A stretch of 64,000 bases of DNA. Source: Eubacteriales bacterium. Its GTDB lineage: Bacteria > Bacillota > Clostridia > Oscillospirales > CAG-272. Position 1 is the first letter of the stretch. Every line of letters starts with the position of its first letter. The DNA lies in NCBI GenBank assembly GCA_045661325.1, contig JAZRFK010000060.1:258-64257 (forward strand), given 5' to 3'. A program made the position numbers and the translations under genes. The notes under the pieces were generated by a model. The model was not told the origin of the DNA and made no database searches. It saw nothing but the letters and a program-made list of their open reading frames with translations. Below are positions 1-9,038 of the stretch, one piece after another.

Positions 1-1
1 A

Positions 2-163
2 ATCGCGCTCAAAGAAGCAAATGAGACAGGATATTGGTTGGAACTTTTATATAATACAAATTACATTACCGAAAGCGAATACAAAACGCTTGATTCCGCT
101 TGCACGAGTATCAGAGTAATGCTTATATCTTCCATCAGCACCGCAAAGGAGAACGCAAAATGA
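2..163 (+). CDS. four-helix-bundle protein (23S rRNA intervening-sequence protein family), C-terminal fragment; 5' end outside the window
   Basis: Frame 2 reads without stops: IALKEANETGYWLELLYNTNYITESEYKTLDSACTSIRVMLISSISTAKENAK. The TGA at 161-163 overlaps the next ATG (ATGA). The KEA.ET.YWLELL motif matches my memory of this family. It is absent from the ORF track because it is truncated. Confidence 0.5.
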   Translation: MALKEANETGYWLELLYNTNYITESEYKTLDSACTSIRVMLISSISTAKENAK

Positions 164-477
164 AAAAGCTTGATAAAAATCAAAAAATCGGCATAATTGC
201 GTTAGCAATATTTGTGGTTTTTCTAATTGGTTTTTCTGCGCTAAGCAGTCTTGTTCAAAGTGGTTCCATCCCCGATTTTGCTGCTAGCCAACGCGTACAA
301 GGATTATTAGCTTTCGTAATGTTTTGTCCCCTTTGTATTGCTATGTTTTTTCTTGGAAAGCATTTCAAATCCAAAAACAGTAAAATAGGCAGTATTTTAC
401 TCTTTGTTTCTGTAGCATTGTTTATATTCGGTATTATTCAAGCGCTATTGTCATTGTTAGGTGCATATGGATCATAA
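160..477 (+). CDS. small integral membrane protein, unknown function
   Basis: ORF 100..477. I prefer ATG 160 (MKKLDKNQKIG...) because AAGGAG lies at 146-151. Three hydrophobic helices are visible. The region is AT-rich relative to most of the window. Confidence 0.6.
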   Translation: MKKLDKNQKIGIIALAIFVVFLIGFSALSSLVQSGSIPDFAASQRVQGLLAFVMFCPLCIAMFFLGKHFKSKNSKIGSILLFVSVALFIFGIIQALLSLLGAYGS

Positions 478-544
478 AATTACGCACCTTTTTTGCGTTT
501 TCACCTACACATACGCACCGTTTGTGCGCTTCTTCGCACTAAAA

Positions 545-571
545 GAACCGAGCCTTGTGCTCGGTTTTTTT
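545..571 (+). terminator. rho-independent terminator after the membrane-protein gene
   Basis: Stem ACCGAGC / GCTCGGT (547-553 / 559-565) followed by a run of 7 T. Confidence 0.7.
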
Positions 572-731
572 AGTGGTCGGAATGGTGTGTGAGGCCACCG
601 AACGCAAGTATGCTTCTCTACTCTATCGAAGCCGCTTTGTTTCTCGATGCCCTAAATGCGTAGACACTACGACATACTTGCTACTAAAGTTATTTGCGAA
701 GCAAATTACTTTTAGGGTCACGAATCCACAG

Positions 732-764
732 AAAAAAAGCAAGTCTTTCGACTTGCTTTTTCTT
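732..764. terminator. bidirectional hairpin terminator downstream of the minus-strand isomerase gene
   Basis: Stem AAGCAAGTC / GACTTGCTT (737-745 / 750-758) flanked by an A-run on the left and a T-run on the right. Confidence 0.65.
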
Positions 765-786
765 TTTACTTTTCTTTTCCTCCCCC

Positions 787-1665
787 TCAACCTTCCTTGC
801 TTGCATGGAAGCGAGAAATGAGAGTATGGCCGATGTCGGCCATAAGGCGCGCAAGCGAGGGGGCGAGAGGTGCCGGAACTGTTTTGAAGATATAATCGGC
901 CTCATAGGTAAAGTCACCCTCGTAGCCGATTTCGGCAAGGGCAGAAAGGACTCTGTCCCAAGCGATTGCACTGCCGAAATAGGGGGGCAGATGCCTATCG
1001 TGCGCGTTATCAACGTCGTGCACGTGAAGGCAGGTGAGACGCTTTTTACCAAGGGCACGGATAAAGCCTGCGGCATCCTCGCGAACGAGCGAGGTATGCC
1101 CAATATCAAGACAACAGCCAAAAAGCTCGTGATTGATTTCATCGAAATAGCGAATCATCTCCATCGGGCGCGAGCAGGTGCTATGCACGTTTAAGATATG
1201 CATATCCCCTTGGAACATATTTTCGGTGCAAATACGAATGCCGTATTCCTCGGCGTAGGGCAAAAGGCGGCGGTAAAAATCCATATTGATTTCAAAAAGC
1301 TTCTCGGGCACGCCCTCTTCCCTATACTTCAAATGCTGACAGGGATGCACGATGATATTTTTTACGCCCAAAAGCGCGGCGTTTCTCATGGAGCAAACGA
1401 TTTCTCCAAAGCGCTGTTCGGTTTGCGCCTCGTCTGCAAAGGAGCTGGCGTGCGGCGCGTGCGCCTGGATAAAGGAAATTCCCTTATCCTCGGCCCGACG
1501 GCGAATTTCAAGGTAATACTCCTTCGGATGCTCGTTTGAGCAAAATTCAGGGCCGTTCGAGGTGGTGAAATCCAAGCCATCAAAGCCTGCATCGGCAAGA
1601 ATATCAACTGCTTTGGCAAGACCGTAATTATCGGCAAAATAGCCGGTTGGATTGGCAAGCCTCAT
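787..1665 (-). CDS. sugar phosphate isomerase/epimerase (xylose-isomerase-like TIM barrel), paralogue 2
   Basis: 292-aa ORF. About half of its positions are identical by eye to the upstream ORF (shared AGF.GLDF, FIQAHAP, ALLGVK.I.VHP, YGIR.CTENM, LD.GH). The start ATG overlaps the stop of the upstream gene (ATGA at 1662-1665). Confidence 0.8.
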   Translation of the reverse strand: MRLANPTGYFADNYGLAKAVDILADAGFDGLDFTTSNGPEFCSNEHPKEYYLEIRRRAEDKGISFIQAHAPHASSFADEAQTEQRFGEIVCSMRNAALLGVKNIIVHPCQHLKYREEGVPEKLFEINMDFYRRLLPYAEEYGIRICTENMFQGDMHILNVHSTCSRPMEMIRYFDEINHELFGCCLDIGHTSLVREDAAGFIRALGKKRLTCLHVHDVDNAHDRHLPPYFGSAIAWDRVLSALAEIGYEGDFTYEADYIFKTVPAPLAPSLARLMADIGHTLISRFHASKEG

Positions 1666-2588
1666 CTTCCCTCTCCTCCTTCCTTGGCGGCATCGTAAAT
1701 ATCAATCAGGAACCGCCCGACGTCCGCCATAAAGCGAGATGCGGCAGGTGCGTTTTCAACAGGAAGCTTTTTAAAGAATTTATCTGCCTCAAAGGTAAAG
1801 TTGCCCTCATAGCCGATTTTGGCCAGCGTTTGCATCAATCGCTCCCAGTTGACAGATCCCGCATAGCTACCCATATGGGAATCCCACTCGTAGATAGCGC
1901 CGAAATACGGGAGAGTGTGATTATCGTGCATACCGTCCACATCGTGAATATGCAGACAGGTCAATCGCTCCTTGCCCATGGCGCGCACGAACTCGGAGGC
2001 CTCCTCTCTCACCAAGGCGGTGTGCCCGATATCCAGACAACAGCCAAAGAGAGAATGATTTATTTCATCGAAATAGCGATTCATATCGTAGGGGCGAGAG
2101 CAAGCAGAGTGCTGAACGATGACGCCCTCCTGCTGATACATATTTTCCGTGCATACCCGAATGCCGTATTCCTCGGCATAGGGCAAAAGACGGCGGTAAA
2201 AGGCCATATTCAGCTCAAAGAGCTTATCGGGAATGCCCTCATCGCGATAGGTTAAGTGCTGGTAAGGATGCACGACGATGTCCTTCACGCCAAGCAAAGC
2301 GGCGTTTTTCATCGAAGTGACGATTTCCCAAAAACGCGTTTCGGTTTTCTCTTCATCGGCAAAGGAGCTATTAAAGGGCGCGTGCGCCTGGACAAATGAC
2401 ACGCCCTTCTCCTCTGCGCGAGCGCGAAGCTCCGTGTAATAGGACGCGGGGTGCACATCCGTATAATACTCCTCGGAGGAAAACGAGGAAAAGTCAAGGC
2501 CCTCAAAGCCCGCATTGGCAAGAATATCAATAGCCCTCTCCATACCGAACTCGGTAGAGAGATGGTCCGTTGTGGTGACAAGCTTCAT
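1662..2588 (-). CDS. sugar phosphate isomerase/epimerase (xylose-isomerase-like TIM barrel), paralogue 1
   Basis: ORF 1662..2786 trimmed to ATG 2588 (MKLVTTTDHL...). AAAGGAGGTG lies 6 nt upstream. The 66 extra N-terminal residues in the track are Arg/Lys-rich junk. Confidence 0.8.
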   Translation of the reverse strand: MKLVTTTDHLSTEFGMERAIDILANAGFEGLDFSSFSSEEYYTDVHPASYYTELRARAEEKGVSFVQAHAPFNSSFADEEKTETRFWEIVTSMKNAALLGVKDIVVHPYQHLTYRDEGIPDKLFELNMAFYRRLLPYAEEYGIRVCTENMYQQEGVIVQHSACSRPYDMNRYFDEINHSLFGCCLDIGHTALVREEASEFVRAMGKERLTCLHIHDVDGMHDNHTLPYFGAIYEWDSHMGSYAGSVNWERLMQTLAKIGYEGNFTFEADKFFKKLPVENAPAASRFMADVGRFLIDIYDAAKEGGEGR

Positions 2589-2910
2589 AACAAGCACCTC
2601 CTTTTGCTTTATTTTATCACGCAAAAAACCAAAAAGCAAGCCTTTCTGAAATTTCTTGCACGAAAAAAGCGCGTTTTTCCTCTTTCTGCTTTTCCTGCTT
2701 GGTGTTCTCCTTTCGCTACCCTGCAAACAGGAAAAAACTTCTTGCAATCTTCCCCTTCTTATGCTATAATTTTCTCGTAAAAACACCTGCGCCCACCCTT
2801 TCCTCTCTTATCTATACGCCTCTTGCGAACAAACGCCGCGCTCTTCTTTTGAGACGCAAGGGGCTATCAAAGAGCGAGGCAACGGGCATTTCTGAAAGGA
2901 TTGCGATGCT

Positions 2911-3198
2911 ATGTCACACAGCAAGAAAAACAAACGCGGAAAATCCTTATACATTGAGTCTTGGAACCCTTCTGCCAAAAAATTTATTAACACCTGTGCG
3001 CTTTGCGGCGCCGTAGGATACAACCCGACGATTGAAGAGGACGGCTTCATCAAGGACGGTGAGGACGGAAGAACCAATTACGAGCACGCGGCTATGCACG
3101 CGGAGCTGACGCGAACCTTAAAGCCCCTGCCATTAGACTTTCTTGGGCGCTGCCCTGACTGTGCCGCACGAATGGAAAGGCAGGCACAGAGCGAGTAA
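2911..3198 (+). CDS. small hypothetical protein with two CxxC pairs (zinc-ribbon-like)
   Basis: 95-aa ORF with C..C at CALCG and CPDC. No family recognised. Coding status is uncertain. Confidence 0.35.
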   Translation: MSHSKKNKRGKSLYIESWNPSAKKFINTCALCGAVGYNPTIEEDGFIKDGEDGRTNYEHAAMHAELTRTLKPLPLDFLGRCPDCAARMERQAQSE

Positions 3199-3277
3199 AA
3201 ACCGCTTAAAAAGCGAAAAAGCGGTACGGGAATGCCGCCTTTGATAAATACTTTTCGCATCAAAAGGAGAATTTGCT

Positions 3278-4723
3278 ATGCAGGGTATTTTTCTCAATAT
3301 CGACATCAACACCGTTGTTTTCCCCTTTTTGAAAAGAATGGCGGAGAAAAGTGATGTACGAAAAGAAGATTTTTTTGATTTTATAGACCAATATCATCAC
3401 ACCCAAGTGACCGATATTGCCCTGAACGTGTTTTGCCAGATCTCCATGACTCCTTCAACCGTGTGGAGTGACGCGCTTGCATCCTATGACAGACGAGAGG
3501 AAAACGGCAAGGCGGTGGACTATCGGGAGATTTTGGGTAATCACCACAGGCTTTACCGTGAGCTGCATTTTGACCCGTACGAGATTTGGTTTGCACGGTG
3601 CCGCGAGCTTGGCATCACTTCCTGGCTTTCTGTTCGTATGAACGACTGCCACTGTCCCGACGAGGAGGCCGTTTGGATTCGCGGAAAGGAATTTTACGAG
3701 GCCGACGAGAAGGGCTGGAAAATAGGAGAGCGTTTCGGATACCACCGCCATTGCTTCAACTATGCCAAAAAAGAGCTCCGTGACAGGATGCTGGCCTATA
3801 TAGAGGAGCAGCTTTTCCGCTACGACGTGGACGGACTGGAGCTTGATTTTTCAAGAGAATGGCTTTGCTTTGACGAGCAAAACAATCCCGTCTATACGCA
3901 AATCATGACGGAGTTTGTCGGCGCTGTGCGCCAAATCACCGACAGAGCGGCGGCAAAATGGGGACACGAGGTGTACGTTTTGATTCGCCTGATGCGCGAC
4001 CTTGCTCAGAACAAAGCCCTCGGCTTTGACGCAGAGGCCATGGTGGCGCGCCGCTTGGTCGATATTATTTCTGTTTCTCCCCGTTGGGCAAGCAACGATA
4101 GCGATATGCCGATTTCCGAATGGAAGGCGCGCTTCCCCGACACACCCATTTACGCAGGCATCACCGATTTGACGAGCCTCAAGCCCACCTCCTATGAAAC
4201 AACGGCAGGGCTTTCGGCGGCCTATCTTTCGGACGGTGCAGACAAAATATACCTCTACAATTATTTTAATGACCCCGATTCCCCCTCAACCGTATTTTTC
4301 AAGGCCCACAGAACCTGCGGCGACCTATCCACACTTGACGGCATTGCGCGGTGCTTTACCGTTCTATACCAAGACTTTGCCCCATTTGACACGCCCGCTT
4401 ATCACCCCTTGCCCGCAACAGCCAAGGACTTTTCCCTCTCCGTTCTGACAGGGCCGCTCTTCCCTTACGAAAAGGCAACGCTGATTTTAGGCTTTGACCG
4501 CGAAATCGAGAAGGAATCCGTTTCCGTTTGGGTTAACGGCACAGCACCCCTTTGGCTTGGCAAGGCCGAACGCCCTCAAAACGCAACGGAGGAAGGTCTG
4601 CATTACGCCTTTGCTCTTTCTGCCGACGCGCTTACCAACACCCGCCAGGTGATTTCCTTGCAAACGGACAACGAGGCACTTACTCTTACCTTTGCAGAAT
4701 TTTTCTTTCAACCCATCCGCTGA
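3278..4723 (+). CDS. hypothetical TIM-barrel glycoside-hydrolase-like protein
   Basis: 481-aa ORF with RBS AAAGGAGAA upstream. The segment YDVDGLELDFSREW and the overall pattern resemble uncharacterised glycosyl-hydrolase-like families. This is a weak motif-level call. Confidence 0.5.
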   Translation: MQGIFLNIDINTVVFPFLKRMAEKSDVRKEDFFDFIDQYHHTQVTDIALNVFCQISMTPSTVWSDALASYDRREENGKAVDYREILGNHHRLYRELHFDPYEIWFARCRELGITSWLSVRMNDCHCPDEEAVWIRGKEFYEADEKGWKIGERFGYHRHCFNYAKKELRDRMLAYIEEQLFRYDVDGLELDFSREWLCFDEQNNPVYTQIMTEFVGAVRQITDRAAAKWGHEVYVLIRLMRDLAQNKALGFDAEAMVARRLVDIISVSPRWASNDSDMPISEWKARFPDTPIYAGITDLTSLKPTSYETTAGLSAAYLSDGADKIYLYNYFNDPDSPSTVFFKAHRTCGDLSTLDGIARCFTVLYQDFAPFDTPAYHPLPATAKDFSLSVLTGPLFPYEKATLILGFDREIEKESVSVWVNGTAPLWLGKAERPQNATEEGLHYAFALSADALTNTRQVISLQTDNEALTLTFAEFFFQPIR

Positions 4724-4742
4724 AACAAAAAAGGAGAAGCAT

Positions 4743-5741
4743 ATGAACGGTTACACCGCAAACGATGAAAGATACAACACCATGCGATACAACCGCACGG
4801 GAAATAGCGGACTGCGTCTGCCTGCCGTTTCCCTGGGCATGTGGCACAACTTTGGCAAGCAAGACAATTTTGAGACTATGAAGGCGATGTGCTTTACCGC
4901 CTTTGATTTGGGCATTACCCATTTTGATCTTGCCAACAACTACGGCTTTCCCAACATTGGAAGCGCCGAGGAGAACGTGGGGAAGATTTTAGCCACGGAT
5001 ATGAAGGCATACCGCAACGAGCTGGTTATCAGCACCAAGGCGGGCTACCGTATGTGGCAGGGTCCCTACGGCGATTTTGGAAGCCGCAAATATCTGCTTT
5101 CCAGCCTTGACGACAGCTTGATGCGACTCGGTCTTGACTACGTGGACATTTTCTATCACCACCGCCCCGACCCTGAAACGCCCATAGAGGAAACGATGGA
5201 AGCATTGGCACAGGCGGTGCGAAGCGGAAAGGCAATGTACGTTGGTCTTTCCAACTACAACGGCAAGCAGATGCGTAGAGCAACGGAAATTCTCGCCGAC
5301 CTGCATTGCCCCTTTATCATCAACCAAAACCGCTACTCTATTTTAGACAGAACGGTAGAAAAGAACGGCGCCCTGCTTTCCTCTCGCGAGCTTGGCAAGG
5401 GAATGATAGTGTTCAGTCCTCTTTGCCAAGGCATTCTCAGCGACAGATATTTAAACGGTATTCCGTCAGACAGCCGCATTAAAACCAGCGGCATCTATTT
5501 GAAGGAAAGCAGCCTTGCCCCCGAGGTAATGGACAAGGTAAAACGGCTTTCCCTTCTGGCCAAGGACCGCGGAGAAAGCTTGGCGCAGATGGCGCTTTCC
5601 TGGCTTTTGGAGCAGGAGGGCGTTACGAGCGTTCTCATTGGCGCCTCTTCCCCGGCGCAAATAAAGGAAAACGCCGCCGCTATCCACCACGCGCCCTTCT
5701 CTGCCGAGGAGCTGGCTTTGATTGATCAAATTAGTTTATAA
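4743..5741 (+). CDS. aldo/keto reductase, YghZ (L-glyceraldehyde-3-phosphate reductase)-like
   Basis: ORF 4692..5741 trimmed to ATG 4743 (AAAAGGAGAAGC upstream). It is near-collinear with E. coli YghZ as I remember it: SGLRLPA.SLG.WHNFG, GITHFDLANNYG, YRDELIISTKAGY.MW.GPYG..GSRKYL, SMAQMALSWLL. Confidence 0.85.
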   Translation: MNGYTANDERYNTMRYNRTGNSGLRLPAVSLGMWHNFGKQDNFETMKAMCFTAFDLGITHFDLANNYGFPNIGSAEENVGKILATDMKAYRNELVISTKAGYRMWQGPYGDFGSRKYLLSSLDDSLMRLGLDYVDIFYHHRPDPETPIEETMEALAQAVRSGKAMYVGLSNYNGKQMRRATEILADLHCPFIINQNRYSILDRTVEKNGALLSSRELGKGMIVFSPLCQGILSDRYLNGIPSDSRIKTSGIYLKESSLAPEVMDKVKRLSLLAKDRGESLAQMALSWLLEQEGVTSVLIGASSPAQIKENAAAIHHAPFSAEELALIDQISL

Positions 5742-5752
5742 GGGAGACACAT

Positions 5753-6802
5753 ATGTTTTTAGCTATTCTTTTGCTTCTCTTTTCCGTTGCTATCGTTTTC
5801 TTTATGATTTTCATTCTGTCGGCCGGGTTTGACTCTTCGCAATGGTGGCTGATGCTTATATTCGCTCTTATGGCCCTTGCGTCTTTTCTCGGCGGACTTT
5901 ACAAGCTTGAGGACGAGACCGGTTGCTTTACCAATCTTTTAAACAACCGCGACAAAAAGCGAGCCGCCAAGGCCAAAGCAAAGGCAGAAAGAGAGAAAGC
6001 CGAAAAGCCCAAAAGCGCCAAGAAGCCCTGCGCTGCCGCCAAGAACGTCAAATTCAACATCATTGTCGGCGCAATCGCCTCTCTTCTTCTCGTTGGCTAC
6101 GCTTGGCTTGTGGTTTGGATTCTTTCAAACCTTCACCAAGATAGCGTTATTACGAACGTATGGCAATATTTCAGCATCGTTGGTATTTTGGTTTCCGCTT
6201 TGCTGTTCGTTTTCGCCGGCGTCCTTATCACGATGCACGATTTTAACGTTCCCGTTTTTTCGGGCTTTCACCCTGTCGGCAAGAAGGTTTCTCAAACCAA
6301 GCAATTCGTTCACCGCGCCTATATTGAGAAGGGCTATTTAAGGGCGCTTCGCCGCGTTGGCCTTATATACTTCTCTCTCTTGGTGCTTTTCTTTGGGATT
6401 CTCTCTATCTTTAACCATTACGCCCTCAATCTGCTTGTCTGTTCCCCGCTCTTCTTCCTTTCTTTGACGATGATCTACGATGAAAATGACACCTACAAGG
6501 ACTACATCAAGGAAAAATCCAAGTGCGACAAGTGGGAAAAATTCGTTTGCTCCTGCGGAACGCTGATTCCCGGCAGCAAATTCGTTGGCAGAGCCAACCA
6601 AAGAGAGACGGAGGACCTTTATCGCGAAACTACCACCACGACCACAACAACCACTATCGGCAACACGGTTTACGTGGATACGGACGTTGACACCGATTAC
6701 TATACCGTCACCAACTATTCCTACGATGACGTTTACATCTGCCCCAACTGCAAAAAGAAAAAGAACCTGCATTACACAGGCTCCACCAAAAGATATTTAT
6801 AA
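5753..6802 (+). CDS. multi-pass membrane protein with Lys/Ala-rich linker, poly-Thr run and C-terminal Cys cluster
   Basis: 349-aa ORF. The start lies 9 nt after the previous stop codon (GGGAGAC RBS). It has several hydrophobic helices, the linker KKRAAKAKAKAEREKAEKPKSAKKP, a run of ten Thr, and CSCG ... CPNC. Confidence 0.55.
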   Translation: MFLAILLLLFSVAIVFFMIFILSAGFDSSQWWLMLIFALMALASFLGGLYKLEDETGCFTNLLNNRDKKRAAKAKAKAEREKAEKPKSAKKPCAAAKNVKFNIIVGAIASLLLVGYAWLVVWILSNLHQDSVITNVWQYFSIVGILVSALLFVFAGVLITMHDFNVPVFSGFHPVGKKVSQTKQFVHRAYIEKGYLRALRRVGLIYFSLLVLFFGILSIFNHYALNLLVCSPLFFLSLTMIYDENDTYKDYIKEKSKCDKWEKFVCSCGTLIPGSKFVGRANQRETEDLYRETTTTTTTTTIGNTVYVDTDVDTDYYTVTNYSYDDVYICPNCKKKKNLHYTGSTKRYL

Positions 6803-6867
6803 GTGATAAAAAGGAACGGAAAAAGCAATGCTTTTTCCGTTCCTTTCGTTTAAAGGACTTATATCCG

Positions 6868-7857
6868 TCAGCAGTAGTATTTCTTGATAGCGGCGGCAAG
6901 ATCGGCAAGATTTTCCTTATACGTTTCAAGATATTGCATCTTCATCATCTTCCAAGGCGCCGTCATAAAGCCGATAAGCTTCTCTTCTGCCATGCCCTCC
7001 TTGAAATATCTGACCACGTCGTCTGCGTTATTCCAGGACTCAAAATAACGAGAGGCACAGGGGATATACGCGTATCCGACATCAGCGGCGGCAGGAAGGA
7101 TTTTTTCACGGAATTCAACATATACGGGATGATCCTCCGCATAGGTCATACCGAGCCTCTTGAAGTCCTCATAGGTGTCGATGAAATGCTCTGCCAGCTC
7201 TTCGATGGGCTTGTAATGCTCAGGATAAAGACCGTAATAATACCAAGGAGAAAGAAGCGCGTCCGTTCCGATTTCTGCCTTATACTTCTCCGTATCCAAA
7301 AGGAGCGGATCCATCCAAAGCCAAGGCGTTGCGCCCGTTTCCTTGACGGTATCCACCAAGAAACGCAAATCCTTGAAGAGAAGGTTCTTGCGGCGGTAAA
7401 GAACGAGGGCGTCATCTCCGTAATAATGCTCGTCTCCCTCCTCGTCCATACCGAGATGAATGTATTCGGGATGCTCGAACATCTCGTATACCTCTTTTAT
7501 CAGGTCGCGGCATACCTCGTAATATTCGGGAGTGGAAAGCATCCGCTCATAACGGCCGAGCCAGATATCGTGTCCTGCGGAAAAGTTGATTTTGGGAATG
7601 ACGGTGATGCCCATATCGCGACATCTTGCCAGCTCCTTTTTCACGCGCTCTGCCGACCAGGCGTTTTTGATGGAAATTTCAGGATGACTTTTGTATACAA
7701 CGGCGTCACCAACGTCTAAAAGAAGGGTGTCAACGCCATACTCCTTCAAAAGAGGGAGTATCGCCTCCCAAGCCTCTTCCTCAAAGCTTTCGTAAATATC
7801 GGCGTCCTTTTTCTTCCACATACCGTGGCTTAAATGGATAAGTACAGCGGTTTTCAT
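6868..7857 (-). CDS. GH20-like (hexosaminidase-type TIM barrel) hypothetical glycosidase, paralogue 2
   Basis: 329-aa ORF. GITVIPKINFSAGH and YIHLGMDEE mirror the GH20 motifs GI.VIPEID.PGH and H.GGDE. It is a tandem paralogue of 7939..8946. Confidence 0.65.
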   Translation of the reverse strand: MKTAVLIHLSHGMWKKKDADIYESFEEEAWEAILPLLKEYGVDTLLLDVGDAVVYKSHPEISIKNAWSAERVKKELARCRDMGITVIPKINFSAGHDIWLGRYERMLSTPEYYEVCRDLIKEVYEMFEHPEYIHLGMDEEGDEHYYGDDALVLYRRKNLLFKDLRFLVDTVKETGATPWLWMDPLLLDTEKYKAEIGTDALLSPWYYYGLYPEHYKPIEELAEHFIDTYEDFKRLGMTYAEDHPVYVEFREKILPAAADVGYAYIPCASRYFESWNNADDVVRYFKEGMAEEKLIGFMTAPWKMMKMQYLETYKENLADLAAAIKKYYC

Positions 7858-7938
7858 CAGAAAAATCCTTTCTTTATTCTACTCTTTACGCAAAAGAAGC
7901 CCGGCTTCTTTAAAGGAAGGCCGGGCTTTATGCGACTG

Positions 7939-8946
7939 TTATTCGCCGTAAATCGCGTCCCAAGCTTCCTTCATAAAGCGGAAGGTTTCCTCAAAATAGG
8001 GCTTGTTTTTAGGCTTCGTGGAGAACCAAGGAGCCGAAATGTAGCCGAGAATCTGAGAAGCGGGCGCTTTTTCCTTGAAATATTCCATCATATCAATGTG
8101 GTTGTAGTCACATCTGTTGAAGACGGAGGCGCAGGGGATATACAAATATCCCTCCTTCATCAAGGGCAGAACCTTCTCGCGATAGTTCACAAGGAAGGGA
8201 TCCTCCTCAACGAAGCGGATGTTCATCTTTGCGTATTCGCCCTCGTTATAGTAGGTAACGTATTCTGCACGGGATTCAATGGGGGTCCAATGATCCTCGC
8301 GGAAGGCATTGTAGTTCCAAGGCATCAGAATCATCTCATCGGGACCGATGTGCGCCTTGTACTCCTCGGGGTTTTCGAAGAGGGGGCAGGACCAGGCAAC
8401 AGGCTTGGCACCAACGGCGGTTACGCAGTCAATGTAGAAGCGAACGTCATGCCAGTACTGCTCACCGTTACGATAAATGCAAAGACCCTTAGTGGTGCAG
8501 TGCTTGGCATCCTCCTCGTCAAGACCGATATGGATATAAGCGGGCTTTTCAAAGATTTCATATACCTCACGAATAAGGTCATTCACCACGCGATAGTAGG
8601 TGGAGGTGCAAACCATTTTTCCGTACTCACCAAGCCACTCGTCATGCACGGTGGAAAAATTCAGCTTGGGAAGCAGGGTGATACCGAGCGCGCGGCATCT
8701 GGCAATCTCATCGTGCATTCTCTTGCGCGTCCAAGCGTTCTTCATAGCAAGCTCGGGATGGCTTGCGAACTCAACGGCATTTCCAACATCGATAAAAATC
8801 GTGTTGATACCCGTCTTGGCAGACTCCTCAACGATATAATCCCAAGTCTCCTCGTCAAAGCCCTGATACAAATCCGTGTATCCGCGATTCCATTGATTCA
8901 TGCTCAAATGAACGAGAATGCCTCTCATCAATTCTTTCATGGTCAA
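7939..8946 (-). CDS. GH20-like (hexosaminidase-type TIM barrel) hypothetical glycosidase, paralogue 1
   Basis: 335-aa ORF with GITLLPKLNFSTVH and YIHIGLDEE. It is collinear with 6868..7857. Confidence 0.65.
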   Translation of the reverse strand: MTMKELMRGILVHLSMNQWNRGYTDLYQGFDEETWDYIVEESAKTGINTIFIDVGNAVEFASHPELAMKNAWTRKRMHDEIARCRALGITLLPKLNFSTVHDEWLGEYGKMVCTSTYYRVVNDLIREVYEIFEKPAYIHIGLDEEDAKHCTTKGLCIYRNGEQYWHDVRFYIDCVTAVGAKPVAWSCPLFENPEEYKAHIGPDEMILMPWNYNAFREDHWTPIESRAEYVTYYNEGEYAKMNIRFVEEDPFLVNYREKVLPLMKEGYLYIPCASVFNRCDYNHIDMMEYFKEKAPASQILGYISAPWFSTKPKNKPYFEETFRFMKEAWDAIYGE

Positions 8947-9038
8947 TTCTCCTTTAGTATTTTGTTCGTTTTTCGCCCTTCGGCAGCAATTTCATTCTAA
9001 CATAGGGGTATTTAAAAGTCAAGCCTTTTCGCCGATAT

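Noticed and set aside
572-731. Possible rRNA or intervening-sequence remnant, because four-helix-bundle proteins are often found inside 23S rRNA intervening sequences.
   Set aside because: I recognise no 23S/16S-like conserved segments in the flanking sequence. Only a short hairpin is present, at about 577-596 (stems GTCGGAATGGT / ACCGAAC? are imperfect). There is no support for an rRNA context in this window.
2589-2786. N-terminal extensions given by the ORF track for several genes: 1662..2786, 4692.., 26333..27859, 33070..33981, 34350..35501, 41965..42414, 42454..43857, 46262..47944, 49894.., 51203.. and 55292...
   Set aside because: In every case an internal ATG is preceded at 5-10 nt by a strong GGAGG-like RBS. 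It also gives a protein whose N-terminus and length match the family. The extensions are basic or hydrophobic junk.
7834-9000. Long antisense shadow ORFs opposite real genes. Examples are 7834..9000, 15188..16093, 16916..17800, 26342..27688, 30140..31180, 32263..33285, 33292..34005 and 34365..35441 on the + strand, and 22436..23170 and 24680..25285 on the - strand.
   Set aside because: Each lies entirely inside a gene on the other strand that has clear family motifs. Their translations are low-complexity and rich in Arg, Gly, His and Val, with no recognisable motifs and no RBS. This is typical of GC-rich antisense frames.
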